DNA of 64,000 nucleotides, from positions 166,384,641 to 166,448,640 of the forward strand of contig NC_068983.1 of the NCBI RefSeq assembly GCF_001194135.2. Direction: 5' to 3'. Source of the stretch: Octopus bimaculoides. Lineage: Eukaryota. Below are positions 11,606-24,260 of this stretch, one piece after another (the stretch's first letter is position 1; every line of letters starts with the position of its first letter). The notes beneath the pieces were generated by a model. It saw nothing but the letters and a program-made list of their open reading frames with translations, was not told where the DNA came from and ran no database searches. The position numbers were made by a program, and so were the translations under genes.

Positions 11606-11821
11606 ATATACTCTTAAACAAAGCATATTACCCCTTCTATAGCAACCTTCCTATACCCTAACCCTAACCCTAACCCTACACATTCAGTGTGTAAAATCTT
11701 TATTCTCCAGAAATAAAACACTATAAAACTTCTTAAAGATAAATCTGATTTCTTTTGTCAAAACCAAAAAGTTTCAGGATTATATGAGAACAATAGGTTC
11801 TCCTATACATTCCACACTTAC

Positions 11822-11858
11822 ATTTATCTAAGAAGGCTAACACCAAATCTGTTCTTCC
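11822..11858 (-). CDS. Candidate 37-nt internal exon (GRTDLVLAFLDK), host gene unidentified
   Basis: Acceptor TTTTTTTTGTGTATTTGATTTACTGCTCTAG| and donor |GTAAGT. Only one frame is open. Confidence 0.4.
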
Positions 11859-12094
11859 CTAGAGCAGTAAATCAAATACACAAAAAAAACCTCTCTAAAT
11901 GCCTCTCATCTAACACTAACTCCTATTTACAAAATCTTGTCAGCTCCATTCCAAAGACAATAAAACTTCCCAAACAGCCAACATTATTTATACCCCTAAA
12001 CTTCATTCCAGTCAATTGCCTTTGTATACAGACTAGAAACACACTTAAGTCTCTAGAGTGATATATTTTTATACCTGAAGTGCATATGCATTAA

Positions 12095-12130
<36 letters not shown>

Positions 12131-12528
12131 CTCTCTCTCTCTCTTTCTCTCAACCCTCTTATATCATCAACAAGTATTTCAAGTCACCACCTATTATCAA
12201 TTCAATAGACAAATGTAGCTTTCTGAAGCCTCCACTGAAGGCCACTGTTGCTAATTGGAGACAACTTTTAGCATGTTCATTCTCGACCTTTCTGAAACAC
12301 TACAATGGTAGCTTATTGAATTAATGACAGGCTGAAGTTTTGGTTGAGATTAGAATATCATTTCATAGCAGTTATTTGTTCCTAGCTACATTTAACTCAT
12401 TAAAAAAACTTACTAAATATTAACCTATATACAAATAGCTGATTATTTAACCAGGAAAATATTAAAATTTTAACATTTTACAATAAAGTCTTGTGGAAAT
12501 CCAACACTACTCCATTCTTTTATCAGAT

Positions 12529-13443
12529 AGATTAAGTTTGTGTCTTTTTATAAGATATTCTGGATCTCTGTGTCTCCTCCCTTCCTGTATTACCACTTAA
12601 CACCCCTCCTTCCTCAGCCACTCCTTTTCATTCGCCTCCCCCCACTCCCCCCATTATATACTGATACCATCCACCCTATCTCCATCCTTGTTCCTTTCAC
12701 TACGTTCCCCTCTAGACCCATCCACTCTCTCCTTACTCTCCACTGAACTCATCATCCACTCCTTCTTTGCCTGCAGCATTCTCTCTTAAGCAGACACTGA
12801 CACCTCATTGCTGTCTACTTTCCAGCTACCTCTACATCAACCCTTTGAAAATTTAAAAAGTAAGGTCTATAGCTGGTTGCCCTTCCCAATGCCAACCACT
12901 CCACAGAGTGTACTGGGTACTTTTTTTTTTGTGACCCCTGCACTAGTGAGGTTGCTAAGTAACTTGCAAGACAAAAAGATTAGATGGGGTTGTAGTAGAG
13001 AGGAAGGAGACTTTATGCCTGGTATTAAAAGGCTAAAAAGTATGATTGATGGACAGGCACAGGTGTCTCCCTATAGGGGAGGTACATGTCTACCCAACAT
13101 TATATAAGGGTGGATGGAGAGGTAGCTGGAAAGTAGACAGCAATGAGGTGTCAGTGTCTGCTTTCAAGACACGAGAGGGCGAGTATAAGAGAGAATGCTG
13201 CAGGCAAAGAAGGAGTGGATGATGAGTTCAGTGGAGAGTAAGGAGATAGTGGATGGGTCTAGAGGGGAACGTAGTGAAAGGAACAAGGATGGAGATAGGG
13301 TGGATGGTATCAGTATAAATGGGGGAGTGGGGGAGGCGAATGAAAAGGAGGGGGTGAAGAAGGAGGGGGTGTTAAGTGGTAATACAGGAAGGGAGGAGAC
13401 ACAGAGATCCAGAAAACCTTATAAAAAGACACAAACTTAATCT
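12529..13443. repeat. Long inverted duplication (arms 12529-12844 / 13107-13443) of a CT-rich RTE 3' UTR
   Basis: About 8 substitutions, two 1-nt indels and one ~22-nt indel over ~315 bp. The spacer holds the RTE tail core GCCCTTCCCAATGCCAACCAC. Confidence 0.92.
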
Positions 13444-13924
13444 CTCTTTTTAAATTATCCTTATGATAGACTTGAAATGATACAACTTCGGATTCAATAA
13501 CTTCTGACCCTTCAGCTCTGGAAGTTAAGGAATTTAAGTTTGCAAACGAATTCTATGTTACAGAAACCTAAGAAAATATGCAATCTTATGCTTTAACAAT
13601 TGTAGACAGACCTCAAATAAACAGGGAATCAATGTAATTGTATTTTTATTTTCATTTTAATGAATATATACTTTCACTGGAACAGCAATAAGATATATCT
13701 ATATATTGGTTGAGAAAAGCAATGCAGTTTTCGTTTGTTTTGTTTTTTGCTTGTTTGTTTTTTCATTACAATTCCAATCAATGTGTTTCATTAGAGTCAA
13801 TATACTCCCTTCAATAATACAAGCTATAAGTCAATCTCACAAACTATTTTTAAGTTGCTACACCAAGACTTGAGAACGGTATCAAATGGTTTGGAGTTTT
13901 TGTTCTGGCTGTGCTAGAAGTATA

Positions 13925-14151
13925 ACAAGCCTTTTGTTACCATAATTCTGTTGAGATACACTTCCTGTGTTTCAAATGATTTAATAAATAATGAAGAATT
14001 TAGTAAAATAACTGTCATTATTAAGCTGGTATAAAGAACATAGATTAATATGAAATTTTGATAGATGGTTTTAATTTAGATCACTTTAAAACAGGAAGTT
14101 TGTATCATTGAACCAGAAGTGGCTTCAGGTAGGTTGGTATCAAAATGGTTA
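13925..14151 (+). mobile_element. ~225-bp TTAA-type MITE copy
   Basis: Ends CCTTTTGTTACC..GGTATCAAAATGGTTA. Body TTAGTAAAATAAC..TCATTATTAAGCTGG..TTTAATTTAGATCAC is shared with seven other copies. Confidence 0.7.
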
Positions 14152-14658
14152 TGCTCTGAAATCATGTCCATTATAAAGCACATCTTTTGAAAATAAAGAA
14201 AAATAAAGAGAAAGAGTGGGTGTATGTGTTACTGAGACATTTGATAATCATTTTTCCATACTAGCATGGGTTAGACACATCATAGAGAAGGCAACAGGAA
14301 ACCATTCCAGTACTCATCACAAGTCTAGTAATGGTAGCCAAAGTTCCAGTAATCTACTTAATAGTGACACGGGGGAGGGGGGTTATGGGCCCTCCCAGGT
14401 CATATAGAGAGTGCTGCAGAAGGTTCACATGCACAGGACCTAACTGAGGGCAGACCACCACTTGGCTGGAGACTCGATTGCAGAGGCATTGTTCTCTACA
14501 ACCAGGTGCCCTTCCTCTCACTAATCATAACTGGTTTTCAGCGACCAAATGATTTGTTGACTGGAGAAGGGACAACACCACCATCTCTTGTAACAAGCAC
14601 CTTTCATAGAGCACAAATCTAAACAGAGGCACACACATGGAAAAAACATTATATATAT

Positions 14659-15312
14659 NNNNNNNNNNNNNNNNNNNNNNNNNNNNNNNNNNNNNNNNNN
14701 NNNNNNNNNNNNNNNNNNNNNNNNNNNNNNNNNNNNNNNNNNNNNNNNNNNNNNNNNNNNNNNNNNNNNNNNNNNNNNNNNNNNNNNNNNNNNNNNNNNN
14801 NNNNNNNNNNNNNNNNNNNNNNNNNNNNNNNNNNNNNNNNNNNNNNNNNNNNNNNNNNNNNNNNNNNNNNNNNNNNNNNNNNNNNNNNNNNNNNNNNNNN
14901 NNNNNNNNNNNNNNNNNNNNNNNNNNNNNNNNNNNNNNNNNNNNNNNNNNNNNNNNNNNNNNNNNNNNNNNNNNNNNNNNNNNNNNNNNNNNNNNNNNNN
15001 NNNNNNNNNNNNNNNNNNNNNNNNNNNNNNNNNNNNNNNNNNNNNNNNNNNNNNNNNNNNNNNNNNNNNNNNNNNNNNNNNNNNNNNNNNNNNNNNNNNN
15101 NNNNNNNNNNNNNNNNNNNNNNNNNNNNNNNNNNNNNNNNNNNNNNNNNNNNNNNNNNNNNNNNNNNNNNNNNNNNNNNNNNNNNNNNNNNNNNNNNNNN
15201 NNNNNNNNNNNNNNNNNNNNNNNNNNNNNNNNNNNNNNNNNNNNNNNNNNNNNNNNNNNNNNNNNNNNNNNNNNNNNNNNNNNNNNNNNNNNNNNNNNNN
15301 NNNNNNNNNNNN
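14659..15312. other. Assembly gap (N). Other gaps: 19470-19680, 19989-19998, 31533-31555, 41983-42454, 58978-59083
   Basis: Runs of N, mostly bordered by microsatellites. Confidence 0.99.
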
Positions 15313-15475
15313 ATCATCATCATCATCGTTTAACGTCCGCTTTCCATGCTAGCATGGGTTGGACGATTTGACTGAGGACTGGTGCAACCGGATGGCTACA
15401 CCAGGCTCCAATCTAAATTGGCAGAGTTTCTACAGCTGGATGCCCTTCCTAACGCCAACCACTCAGAGAGTGTAT
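15313..15475 (-). mobile_element. RTE-type tail
   Basis: (CAT)n-CGTTTAACGTCCGCTTTCCATGC..GGATGCCCTTCCTAACGCCAACCAC. Confidence 0.85.
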
Positions 15476-15961
15476 ATATATATATATATATATATATTCC
15501 AAAAAATATGTAAACATAAGATCTTTTTCAATAGAAAGCCCTGGTGAGATCTGGTCCAGTTTGGTAAAATATGGAGACAACAACTTTTAACATGGTTCAA
15601 GTCCTGCAGATCCAAAGTATTGTTTGCCAAGCAACTAGATTGAAACATGTGTAGGCCTCTTAATGCTTATTTTAAAATCATGTTCCTTTAAATTTTTATT
15701 TGTATTCATTTATTTGCTAATATAAAATGTAAATTAAACTTCTTATCCATATATATTGAGGAAATTCACCCAATATATCATCGAAAATACCAGTGGATCA
15801 CTAGATTTCATAATCCCTAAGGAGGACATTACATCCTCGATTTGACTAACCAAATTCGATGACTGGCACCTGTGCCAGTGGAGCGCTAACAGCACCATCC
15901 AAGTGGGATCACTGCCAGAGTGGTGGCACGTAAAAAGCACCATTTGAGTGCGATCGTTTCC

Positions 15962-16187
15962 AACTTCCAGTTGTCCTCTCTAAGTGAAAATTGTTTTTAT
16001 TACATCAATATTATTTAAGGTCTGTTTGACAGCTAGTTTGTGTGTGTGTGTATGTGTGTGTGTAAATAGGTGGTTTGCAAATTGCAACTGAGAAGACTAA
16101 GACGAAAAAATAGACTTAAAATACAAGAAAGAGCAGCATGAATAAAATTTATATAGATACTTGACAATTGTTACGTATCTAGGTAAA

Positions 16188-16227
<40 letters not shown>

Positions 16228-16300
16228 GCTGTCAAACAAACCTTAAATAATATTGATGTAACAAAAACAATTTTCACTTAGAGAGGACAACTGGAAGTTC
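15962..16300. repeat. Inverted repeat: ~78-bp unique arms plus (TG)n/(CA)n, ~128-nt spacer
   Basis: AACTTCCAGTTGTCCTCTCTAAGTG.. at 15962 and its reverse complement ending at 16300; 2 substitutions and 1 indel. Confidence 0.92.
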
Positions 16301-16304
16301 TTAC

Positions 16305-17769
16305 AGGACAATCTTTTGAAGGTTGCAAATCAAATCTGTGGCTGGGGCAAAGTCCCTGCCAGACTGAAAGTGACCTGGAGGTAGAACAGCAAGGCAAATA
16401 AGGCCATAAAAGAAAAGAAACAGGCTTGGCAAGGCTGGAGAAAGAAAGAGAGCAAAAAGCTATGTCAAATAGCTAAGTGGGAAGCTAGGTAACATGTTTA
16501 TCTACCAAGGGCAGAAGCAGAAAGAAAGAGGTTTGCTAATGCCTTACAGCATGAAGATCAGAAACTCAAGGTGTTCTGGATTGCTAGACAGTGTTTCAGA
16601 GAGAATTGAAATGTTGTGACAGAGAAGAGTGTATGAATGGGTAATGGTAAGCTTACATTGAATGACTCTGAACAGAAAGAGGCCAAGAAGTGCTATTATG
16701 AAAGGCTTTTAAATGTAGAGAACAAATGGAAGAAAGAGAGCCTCCCCTACATAAACCCAACAGAGAGACCAGCTATTTGAGTTGATAGCAGTATGAGCGA
16801 TAAGGCTGTTAAGAATATGAAGACAGGGAAATTCCCTGGGAGTTACTGCTGAGACGCTTAAAATATCTGGCAGAGAGGGATATGGTGTGTTCACCCATAT
16901 AGTAATTCAAGATAATCAGGAAAGCATCATCCTTAATGACTGGTGTAGTAGCATTATAGTCAGCTTACAAAGATATCAAATTGCTGGACCAGGTCATGAA
17001 ATTTACGGAAAGATTAATTAGGAACAAAACTCAGATCAGATGAAATGCAGTTTGGCTTTGTGCTAGGGCAAAGCACTACTGGTATTATCTTTATAGTCAG
17101 ACAACTGCAGAAGTATTTGGCTAAGAATAAACCATTGTACTTGACAGTTGTTGACTTGGAGAAAGCCTTCAACAAAGTGCCCTGCTCTGTGATATGGTCA
17201 GCTCTGAGATGAGTGACTTGTGAGAGCTGTACAGGCCATGTGCAGTCAGTAAGGTGAGAGTTAACCATGAGTACAGTGATGAATTTAATATGTAGGTAGG
17301 CATTCATCAGAACTAGAAAAAAAATTCCAGGTGTCAAAGCAAAACCTGGAATCGAAAAGCCTTAAGGTTAACTTTGCAAAGATTAAGGTCTTGGTAAGCA
17401 AGAAAGACAAGACCCTACCCACCTTCAGGTAAATGGCTCTGCTTGATATGTAGGAAAGATGCAGACAGGAATTCCATATGGTGTACCCAGTGCTAGCTAT
17501 GGACATACAAAAGGTGCAGTGGAATAATGGGCAAGTTATCAGAGAAAGTAGTGTTTATATGTGAAAGATGCATAGGAGCCATAAAGTCTAAAGATATACA
17601 GGGAATTGATTTTCTCAAATGCCCCCAGAGGCTCTCTAGAGGTAGTGAATAATTTCTGATACCTAGAGGCTCTAATTAGCAGTAGAGGAGGATGTACAGA
17701 AAACTTAATTGTTAGAATAAGAATAGGATGAAGAAAATTCAGAGAGCTTTTATCTCTGTTAGCAACCAA

Positions 17770-17811
<42 letters not shown>

Positions 17812-19065
17812 GAGTGAAAAGATGACTGTATGATACAAGTGTACAAACAGGCAATGTAACATGGTAGTGAGACGTGAGCCCTAAATGCAGAGGACAAGCA
17901 AAGACTAGAGAGGAATTAAGTTAGTATACTCCCTGGGATGAGCAATGTCAGTGTACATATGTGACTGAGAGAAAAGTTAGGCATAAGGGTGCCGATCACT
18001 TAAAATAGATAGAACGTGAGGAAGAAGAGATTCAGGAAGTCATGGAATGAAGTATGGAATGCTGGTCTCAAGATACTGAACCTTAGGATGGAGGCAACAA
18101 CTGACCAAGCGACCTGGTGCTTTGCTGTACTCTAGAAGACCCATCCACCACAGCAGAATTGATATCCTAAAACCACTGTGGTGATAATGCTTGTCCATGA
18201 GAGCCTCTGTCCCACCCCATCCTCTCTGACCTGCCTATCTTCCCTCCATCACACACACACACAAACATTTCACCATCATCACTTCTCTATCATCTGAGAA
18301 TAGAGTAGGTACATATTACATCCTCTTGCCTTCTCATTTCCCTTGAACCCTCACCTCCCCCACAAACCACTTCCATTATCTTCCCCTGCCCCACTGTCTC
18401 CACCAATCACCACCTTTCTGTGCTTTTTCACCTCTGTGTTGTTCCCTGTCAATACCTCACTTATCTACTGTCACGGATCTACTGCAACCCCCCCCCAGCC
18501 TCTCATATATTTCATACCATCATTTGCTAGTCACCTCTATACTACCCACTAACCCAGACTAAACCTCTGTATCACCTCACACTCTCACCACCTCAAGGGC
18601 ATGTCTCAACACATCTTTGCCACCACCTCTCTCACTATGCTCTCTCTCTATCTTACTATTTAACTTGCACTTCTTTCTCTTGTAACTGGGGTACCCATGT
18701 ATCTACTCCACAGCAAGACACCTATCCAGTGTCCCTCTATACCTTTAATCTCTCAACTGGCACAAAGCCACCATCCCCTCAATACTACTTCCCTCCCCCA
18801 GCTGAGGAGTTTTGTCTTGCAGGTTGCTTGGTGACCATGTCAGTGCTGGTGTCACATAAAAAGCACTGGTGACAGTGCCACATAAGAAAGTACTCAGCAT
18901 ACTCTGCAAAGTGGTTGGCATTAGGAAGGGCATTCAGCTGTAGAACCCATGCCAAAACAGACAATGGAACCTAGTGTGGCTCCTGGCCATACCAGCTCAT
19001 GTCAAACCATCCGACTGATGCCATGCCAACATGTGAAAACAGACGTTAAATGATGATGATGATAG
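16305..19065 (+). mobile_element. Heavily decayed RTE LINE with long CT-rich 3' UTR and (GAT)n tail
   Basis: Collinear with 5270-7350 through 18145. Pyrimidine-rich 18190-18720. Tail 18900-19065. Confidence 0.88.
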
Positions 19066-19206
19066 TTGATTCAATGGTTTTTATTCTTTGAGAAAACCAA
19101 GAATAATATGACATGTTGAGGAATTACCAATGCAAAACTGGTCAATTACCTGCCTTAATGAATTTTCACTTGATGGAGCCAGAAAGAGAGAGAGAAACTG
19201 AGTAAC

Positions 19207-19224
<18 letters not shown>

Positions 19225-19248
<24 letters not shown>

Positions 19249-19469
19249 CCAGTACCGCCTGACTGGCTCCTGTAGGATTTTCGAGCGAGATCGTTGCCAG
19301 TGCCCCTGGACTGGCTTGTGCGGGTGGCACATAAAAGACACCATTTCGAGCGTGGCCGTTTTCGTGCGGGTGACACGTAAAAGCACCCACTACACTCTCT
19401 GAGTGGTTGGCGTTAGGAAGGGCATCCAGCTGTAGAAACTCTGCCAAATCAGACTGGAGCCTGGTGTTG
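19225..19469 (+). mobile_element. RTE 3' UTR repeats plus tail, cut by a gap
   Basis: CTGACTGGCTCCTG units followed by GTGGTTGGCGTTAGGAAGGGCATCCAGC. Confidence 0.85.
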
Positions 19470-20369
19470 NNNNNNNNNNNNNNNNNNNNNNNNNNNNNNN
19501 NNNNNNNNNNNNNNNNNNNNNNNNNNNNNNNNNNNNNNNNNNNNNNNNNNNNNNNNNNNNNNNNNNNNNNNNNNNNNNNNNNNNNNNNNNNNNNNNNNNN
19601 NNNNNNNNNNNNNNNNNNNNNNNNNNNNNNNNNNNNNNNNNNNNNNNNNNNNNNNNNNNNNNNNNNNNNNNNNNNNNNNNGAGAGAGAGAGAGAGAGAGA
19701 GGACTTAGAAATTTCTGGTTTGCATTCAGCCTAACAGGGTGTGTTGGGCTCTGAAGCCAGGAGATGAAGGACTCTAATAGAAAGACTAGGGGTATATCAC
19801 TCATTGAGTTTGCACCAACTTTCTGCTATCAGTATTTCAAAAATTTGCCACTGGTCCTACACAAGCTTTTACCATTAAAGACAAGTCATCTGTGTGTGTG
19901 TGTGTGTGTGTGTAGCCTAACAGTTGGCTTTTGGCCTCTCATACATCAAAATCAACAAGAGAATCCACTATATGTACATAGATATATGNNNNNNNNNNAT
20001 GAGTTGTATGTGTTATTGTTGAAATAATATTTATAAAAGACAATTGAATTCGTAATTATATACCTGATATTTGCCACACCAATTTTTTTTTTTTTTTTGT
20101 TATATCAAAAGAGAAATATATGAGAACAAAATTGTAAATTTCATGAAACTTTGTTCCTTCATTTAAACATCAAAGCGGTTTAACAATCAAGTAAAAAAAA
20201 TTTTTTAATCCTTAAAAGAAATATCACAACTTGTAATGTCAAAGGCTTGGAAAAACAAAAGAAAGGAAAGGAAATACTTACACATGATATGCAGGGCTGG
20301 TACAAATTTGTCCTGAAGATGTATCTTCATATCTGCAAAATAGAAAAAGGATAGTAAATAAACCACTGA

Positions 20370-20580
20370 TTAAACCTTTTGATACCAACCCACCTGAAAC
20401 CACCCCCAGTTCTATGATGGAAATGCACAGTTTTTTAAGTGATCTAGATTTAAAACCTTCCATCAATATCTCGTGTTTATGTTTCAAACATCAACTTAAT
20501 GTAACAGTTATTTTACTAAATTCATTATTTTCAAAACAGAAAGAAAATTAGGATATTTGAACAAAAATATGGCAACAAAT
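20370..20580 (-). mobile_element. TTAA-type MITE copy
   Basis: Starts TTAAACCTTTTGATACCAACC; same body as 13925-14151. Confidence 0.7.
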
Positions 20581-22859
20581 ACATGTTACTAGTATAAGAT
20601 CAAAAAGACAATGGTAAATTAAGAGAAATTATATTCTAGACTACAATCAATATTTTGATTTCTTTCTCAACTATTCCAAATTACACTTTCTCTTTATGTT
20701 AAATAACCCCTACCCTTTATTCTGAAAAGACCCTTTCTTTTTCTCAATAACAAATTAAAAAGAAAAAGAGTAACATAATTCACAGTCCTGGAAAAATCAA
20801 ATACAATGTTACTATTAGGTTCTGAAAATGGAAGGTGGGGAAGAAAAGAAAGAAAAGAATTCAGATTAATTAAATTTAGTTTATTTTATAATGGAAATTT
20901 TGATACTATATATGTTGGCATACAAAACAACCTTTTAACCTTAAAAAACAAATCACTCTCAAAATAGACGCTCGCCTAGCCTTTTTTAGTGCAGTTTGTG
21001 GTCCCATCTTCTTTATCTATTCTCAATGTCAGGTAGGCTGTACGTTTTGAAAATAATCCACATTAAGATTTGCCTGAGTTACCAAATATTTTCTTTACCT
21101 GCCTCACTAAGTTGACCAATATACATCCAATAAAATACAATTGTGAAAGTGGTACAGCACATTATGAATCACTGTATATAATGAATAGTCATTGATTAAC
21201 TCTACAAGCTAAAGCTTGTAAATAGGAGAGAAAGTTGGGAGATAAGAACCTAAAATACAAGGGTAATAAACAACTGACAGATAAAACTCTTGAAATAGCT
21301 CAGCTCACTATTGGCCCAGAAGGTTCTAGAATCTGATTGGCAGGTAAACCTATGCATGTCCTCTGATGTCCCAGTCTCAGCCATAAGCAAGTCAGTCAGT
21401 GCTAATTGGTCAAACCATATTTGTGTAAGCTTTGCATGAGTTGTTGGCATGGTGATGCATGCTTGTAGGCTAACTCTGTCTCAATGGCTACCAGCATCTT
21501 TTATAGGTCCAGTAGTATATGCCATACATCAACATATGCTACTACTATATGCATATTAAAACACAGATAAGATATTAAAAAAAATATGATACACAGAATA
21601 ACACCGATGATACTAAAAGATAATAAGAACATGGTACATAATATAAAGACCTTCAACTGACAAGGCCCAAATACATCTCTTTGAAGAGAAATTCTCCCGT
21701 GGCCAATGTCTTTTTCTTTTAGACAGATCTCTTATCACAAATTATCTGAAAAGTCTAATGAGTACTATGGAAATCTATCCATCTTTTCTCCTATAAATTA
21801 TAATGACCCCTTTTCGTTTAAACGTCCATACTATTACTATGTCCTTTATATTTCAGTATAGCACACTCCTTTCCTCCTCACCACTATATCCATTTCACAC
21901 ACTCGGTTCAATCCTTCTTCCTTAAGAGTTGCTTTCTTTTGCAGCTCCCCTTTCTAACTATATCTTCCTACTTCATATTAAGATATTAACTAGGAATAAA
22001 TTTCAATTGCACTAATTACTCTTTGTTTTTCAGACAATTTGTGATTTTATTTCCTCTCAAACTAAAGTCTGGCACTCCTAATAAATTTTACCCTTTCCAA
22101 TTACTTTTTATCATTTTTTTAAGAATTGTTTCTATAAAGTAGGTCAAGTTCAAATTAAAATTTTAAATACCATCTTACCAGCAAGCTATTTTCTTTCCCC
22201 AAATCAACCAACTACTAGATCCACCTATAGGCATTAACTTGGAGACTTCTCTCTACTAATAATCAGTCTAAACTACAGGAGTGGCAAAAAAGGCCTCTAA
22301 GATTCAACATTCACGATACACATTTCAAAAGCAGAGTGCATCAGTCCAAGCCATGATGGTAACTAAGAAAGTCAAAACAAATCATTAGCTACATGAAGAC
22401 ACTATTACCATCTGCTTAATTTCACTTATGCCACACCAATGGCCATGTAAAATAGGGAAGGTTTTCTCTCACACTCTGTATAACCCATTTCTAATGGAAC
22501 TAGTATTTACAAAAGCCACAAGCTAATGTTTACCAGAAAAGCACATAACTTCAATATCTATTTGCAAAGAAACTACACTCATTATATCTCCTCCATACCA
22601 TCATACATATGATTTGAACTGTAATTATTTGCTCTAACTTCCTTTTACCATTTCAAATCAATTCAACAATTATTTAAAAATTCCTAAAAGAGCCTATGAG
22701 ATATTTTTGTGTAATTATATTTGAAGTCATGTAAGTTAACATAGGTAAAAGAATAGAGGGAAAAGAAAATGTAATGTGATTGGAGAGCCTAACTAAACTT
22801 TTGAACCACAACTGAAGTTGAACTTATAAATCTATCCAAGTATGTGTATATATGATCCC

Positions 22860-23040
22860 AGTGATGTCTTGCAATATTTGATTTGGTCCAGTATGTTCTG
22901 TGCTCAGATCCAGCTGGGGTCAACTTTACCTTTTGTCCCTCCAGAGTTGATAAAATAAAGTACCAGTAAAGTACTGGGTTCAATAGTATCCACAAACTAA
23001 CCCCCTCAAAATTGTTGGCTTTCTGCCTAAATCAGAAACC
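22860..23040 (+). mobile_element. Degenerate second-family SINE
   Basis: GGGGTCAACTTTACCTTT..GTTGATAAAATAAAGTACCAGT core is shared with 23455-23860. Confidence 0.6.
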
Positions 23041-23166
23041 ATTGTTATTCTTACTAGCTGACCACGTGCCATCAAGAACGACGACTAATTGTAGTATTTT
23101 ATATATAAATAAGGTACAAAATAAGGTAGATAATAATCACACACAAACATTCAATTACTTCCCTTG

Positions 23167-23211
<45 letters not shown>

Positions 23212-23454
23212 GAAACGCTGATTTTTTTCACCCCTTCCTTCCTTAGTAATCTATCACCTCTTCCTTTCTCTCATTGCTATTACTTTCTCTCACTCCCTTT
23301 CAGTCAGGGCTATTACTCTCACTACTTCTCCTTCACTGAATTACTATTTCCTCTCCTCTTCTGCGTCCGGCGTGATTCTGGACAAATATACATATATACA
23401 AATATATAAAAACACTATGCTCATTATTACATGAGATTATATTATCATTATCAC

Positions 23455-23860
23455 ATTTAACAGGCTGGGCAGCAAAATGCTTAGCAGCATTTCATCCATC
23501 TTTACATCCTTAGTTCAAATTCTGCCAAGAGTTGACTTTACCTTTTGTCTTTTTGGGGTTGCTAAAGTACCAGTTTATCACTGAGGTTGATGTAATCAAC
23601 TTGCTTGCTCCACAGAAATTACTGGACTTGTGCCAAAATTTGAAGTTACTATCATTATCATTATCATCAAGGCAGTGAGCTGGCAGAATCATTAGCACAC
23701 TGGACGAAGTGCTTAGTGGTATTTCATCTGTCGCTACATTCTGAGTTCAAATTCTGCCGAGATCAACTTTGCCTTTCATCCTTTTGAGGTGGATAAAATA
23801 AGTACCAGTTGAACACTGGGGTTGATGTAATTGACTCATCTCCCCCCTCTAAATTTCTAA
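23455..23860 (+). mobile_element. Two head-to-tail copies of a second tRNA-like SINE family
   Basis: GAGTTCAAATTCTGCC..ACTTTGCCTTTCATCC..AAGTACCAGTT..GGTTGATGTAAT appears twice (23455-23650 and 23670-23860). Confidence 0.7.
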
Positions 23861-23954
23861 TATGATATAGTGGCATATCAGTCAGTAAAGAGCAGTATAA
23901 ATCAACTCCAAAACTTCAAATTTTCCAAGCAATTCACTGCTATTTAGACAAACT

Positions 23955-24260
23955 CATCATCATCATCATTTAACGTCCATTGTCCATACTGGCATGGGTT
24001 GGCCAGTTTGACCAGGGCTGGTAAACTGGGGAGCTGCAACAGACTCCAGTCTAATTTGACATGGTTTCTATGGCTGGATGCCCTTCCTAATGCCAACCAC
24101 TTTGAGAATGTAATGGATGCTTTTACATGCCACTGGCATGGGTGCCATTTGTGTGACACCAATATCTGCCACGACTGTGATTTTGCTCGGCTTGATGTGT
24201 CTTCTTCTCAAGCATGACATAATGCCAAAGGTCTTGGTCATTGCCTCCATGAAGCCAAGA
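23955..24260 (-). mobile_element. RTE 3' end
   Basis: (CAT)n tail, GGATGCCCTTCCTAATGCCAACC, and continuation homologous to 2330-2420. Confidence 0.85.

Noticed and set aside
14637-15371. Long poly-X ORFs (also 19166-19804, 41887-42599, 58817-59413)
   Set aside because: Artefacts of translating N gaps.
16088-16107. Hammerhead-like CTGAGAA..GAAA in the foldback spacer
   Set aside because: Core G8 is altered, stem II is broken, and no stem I/III partner was found.
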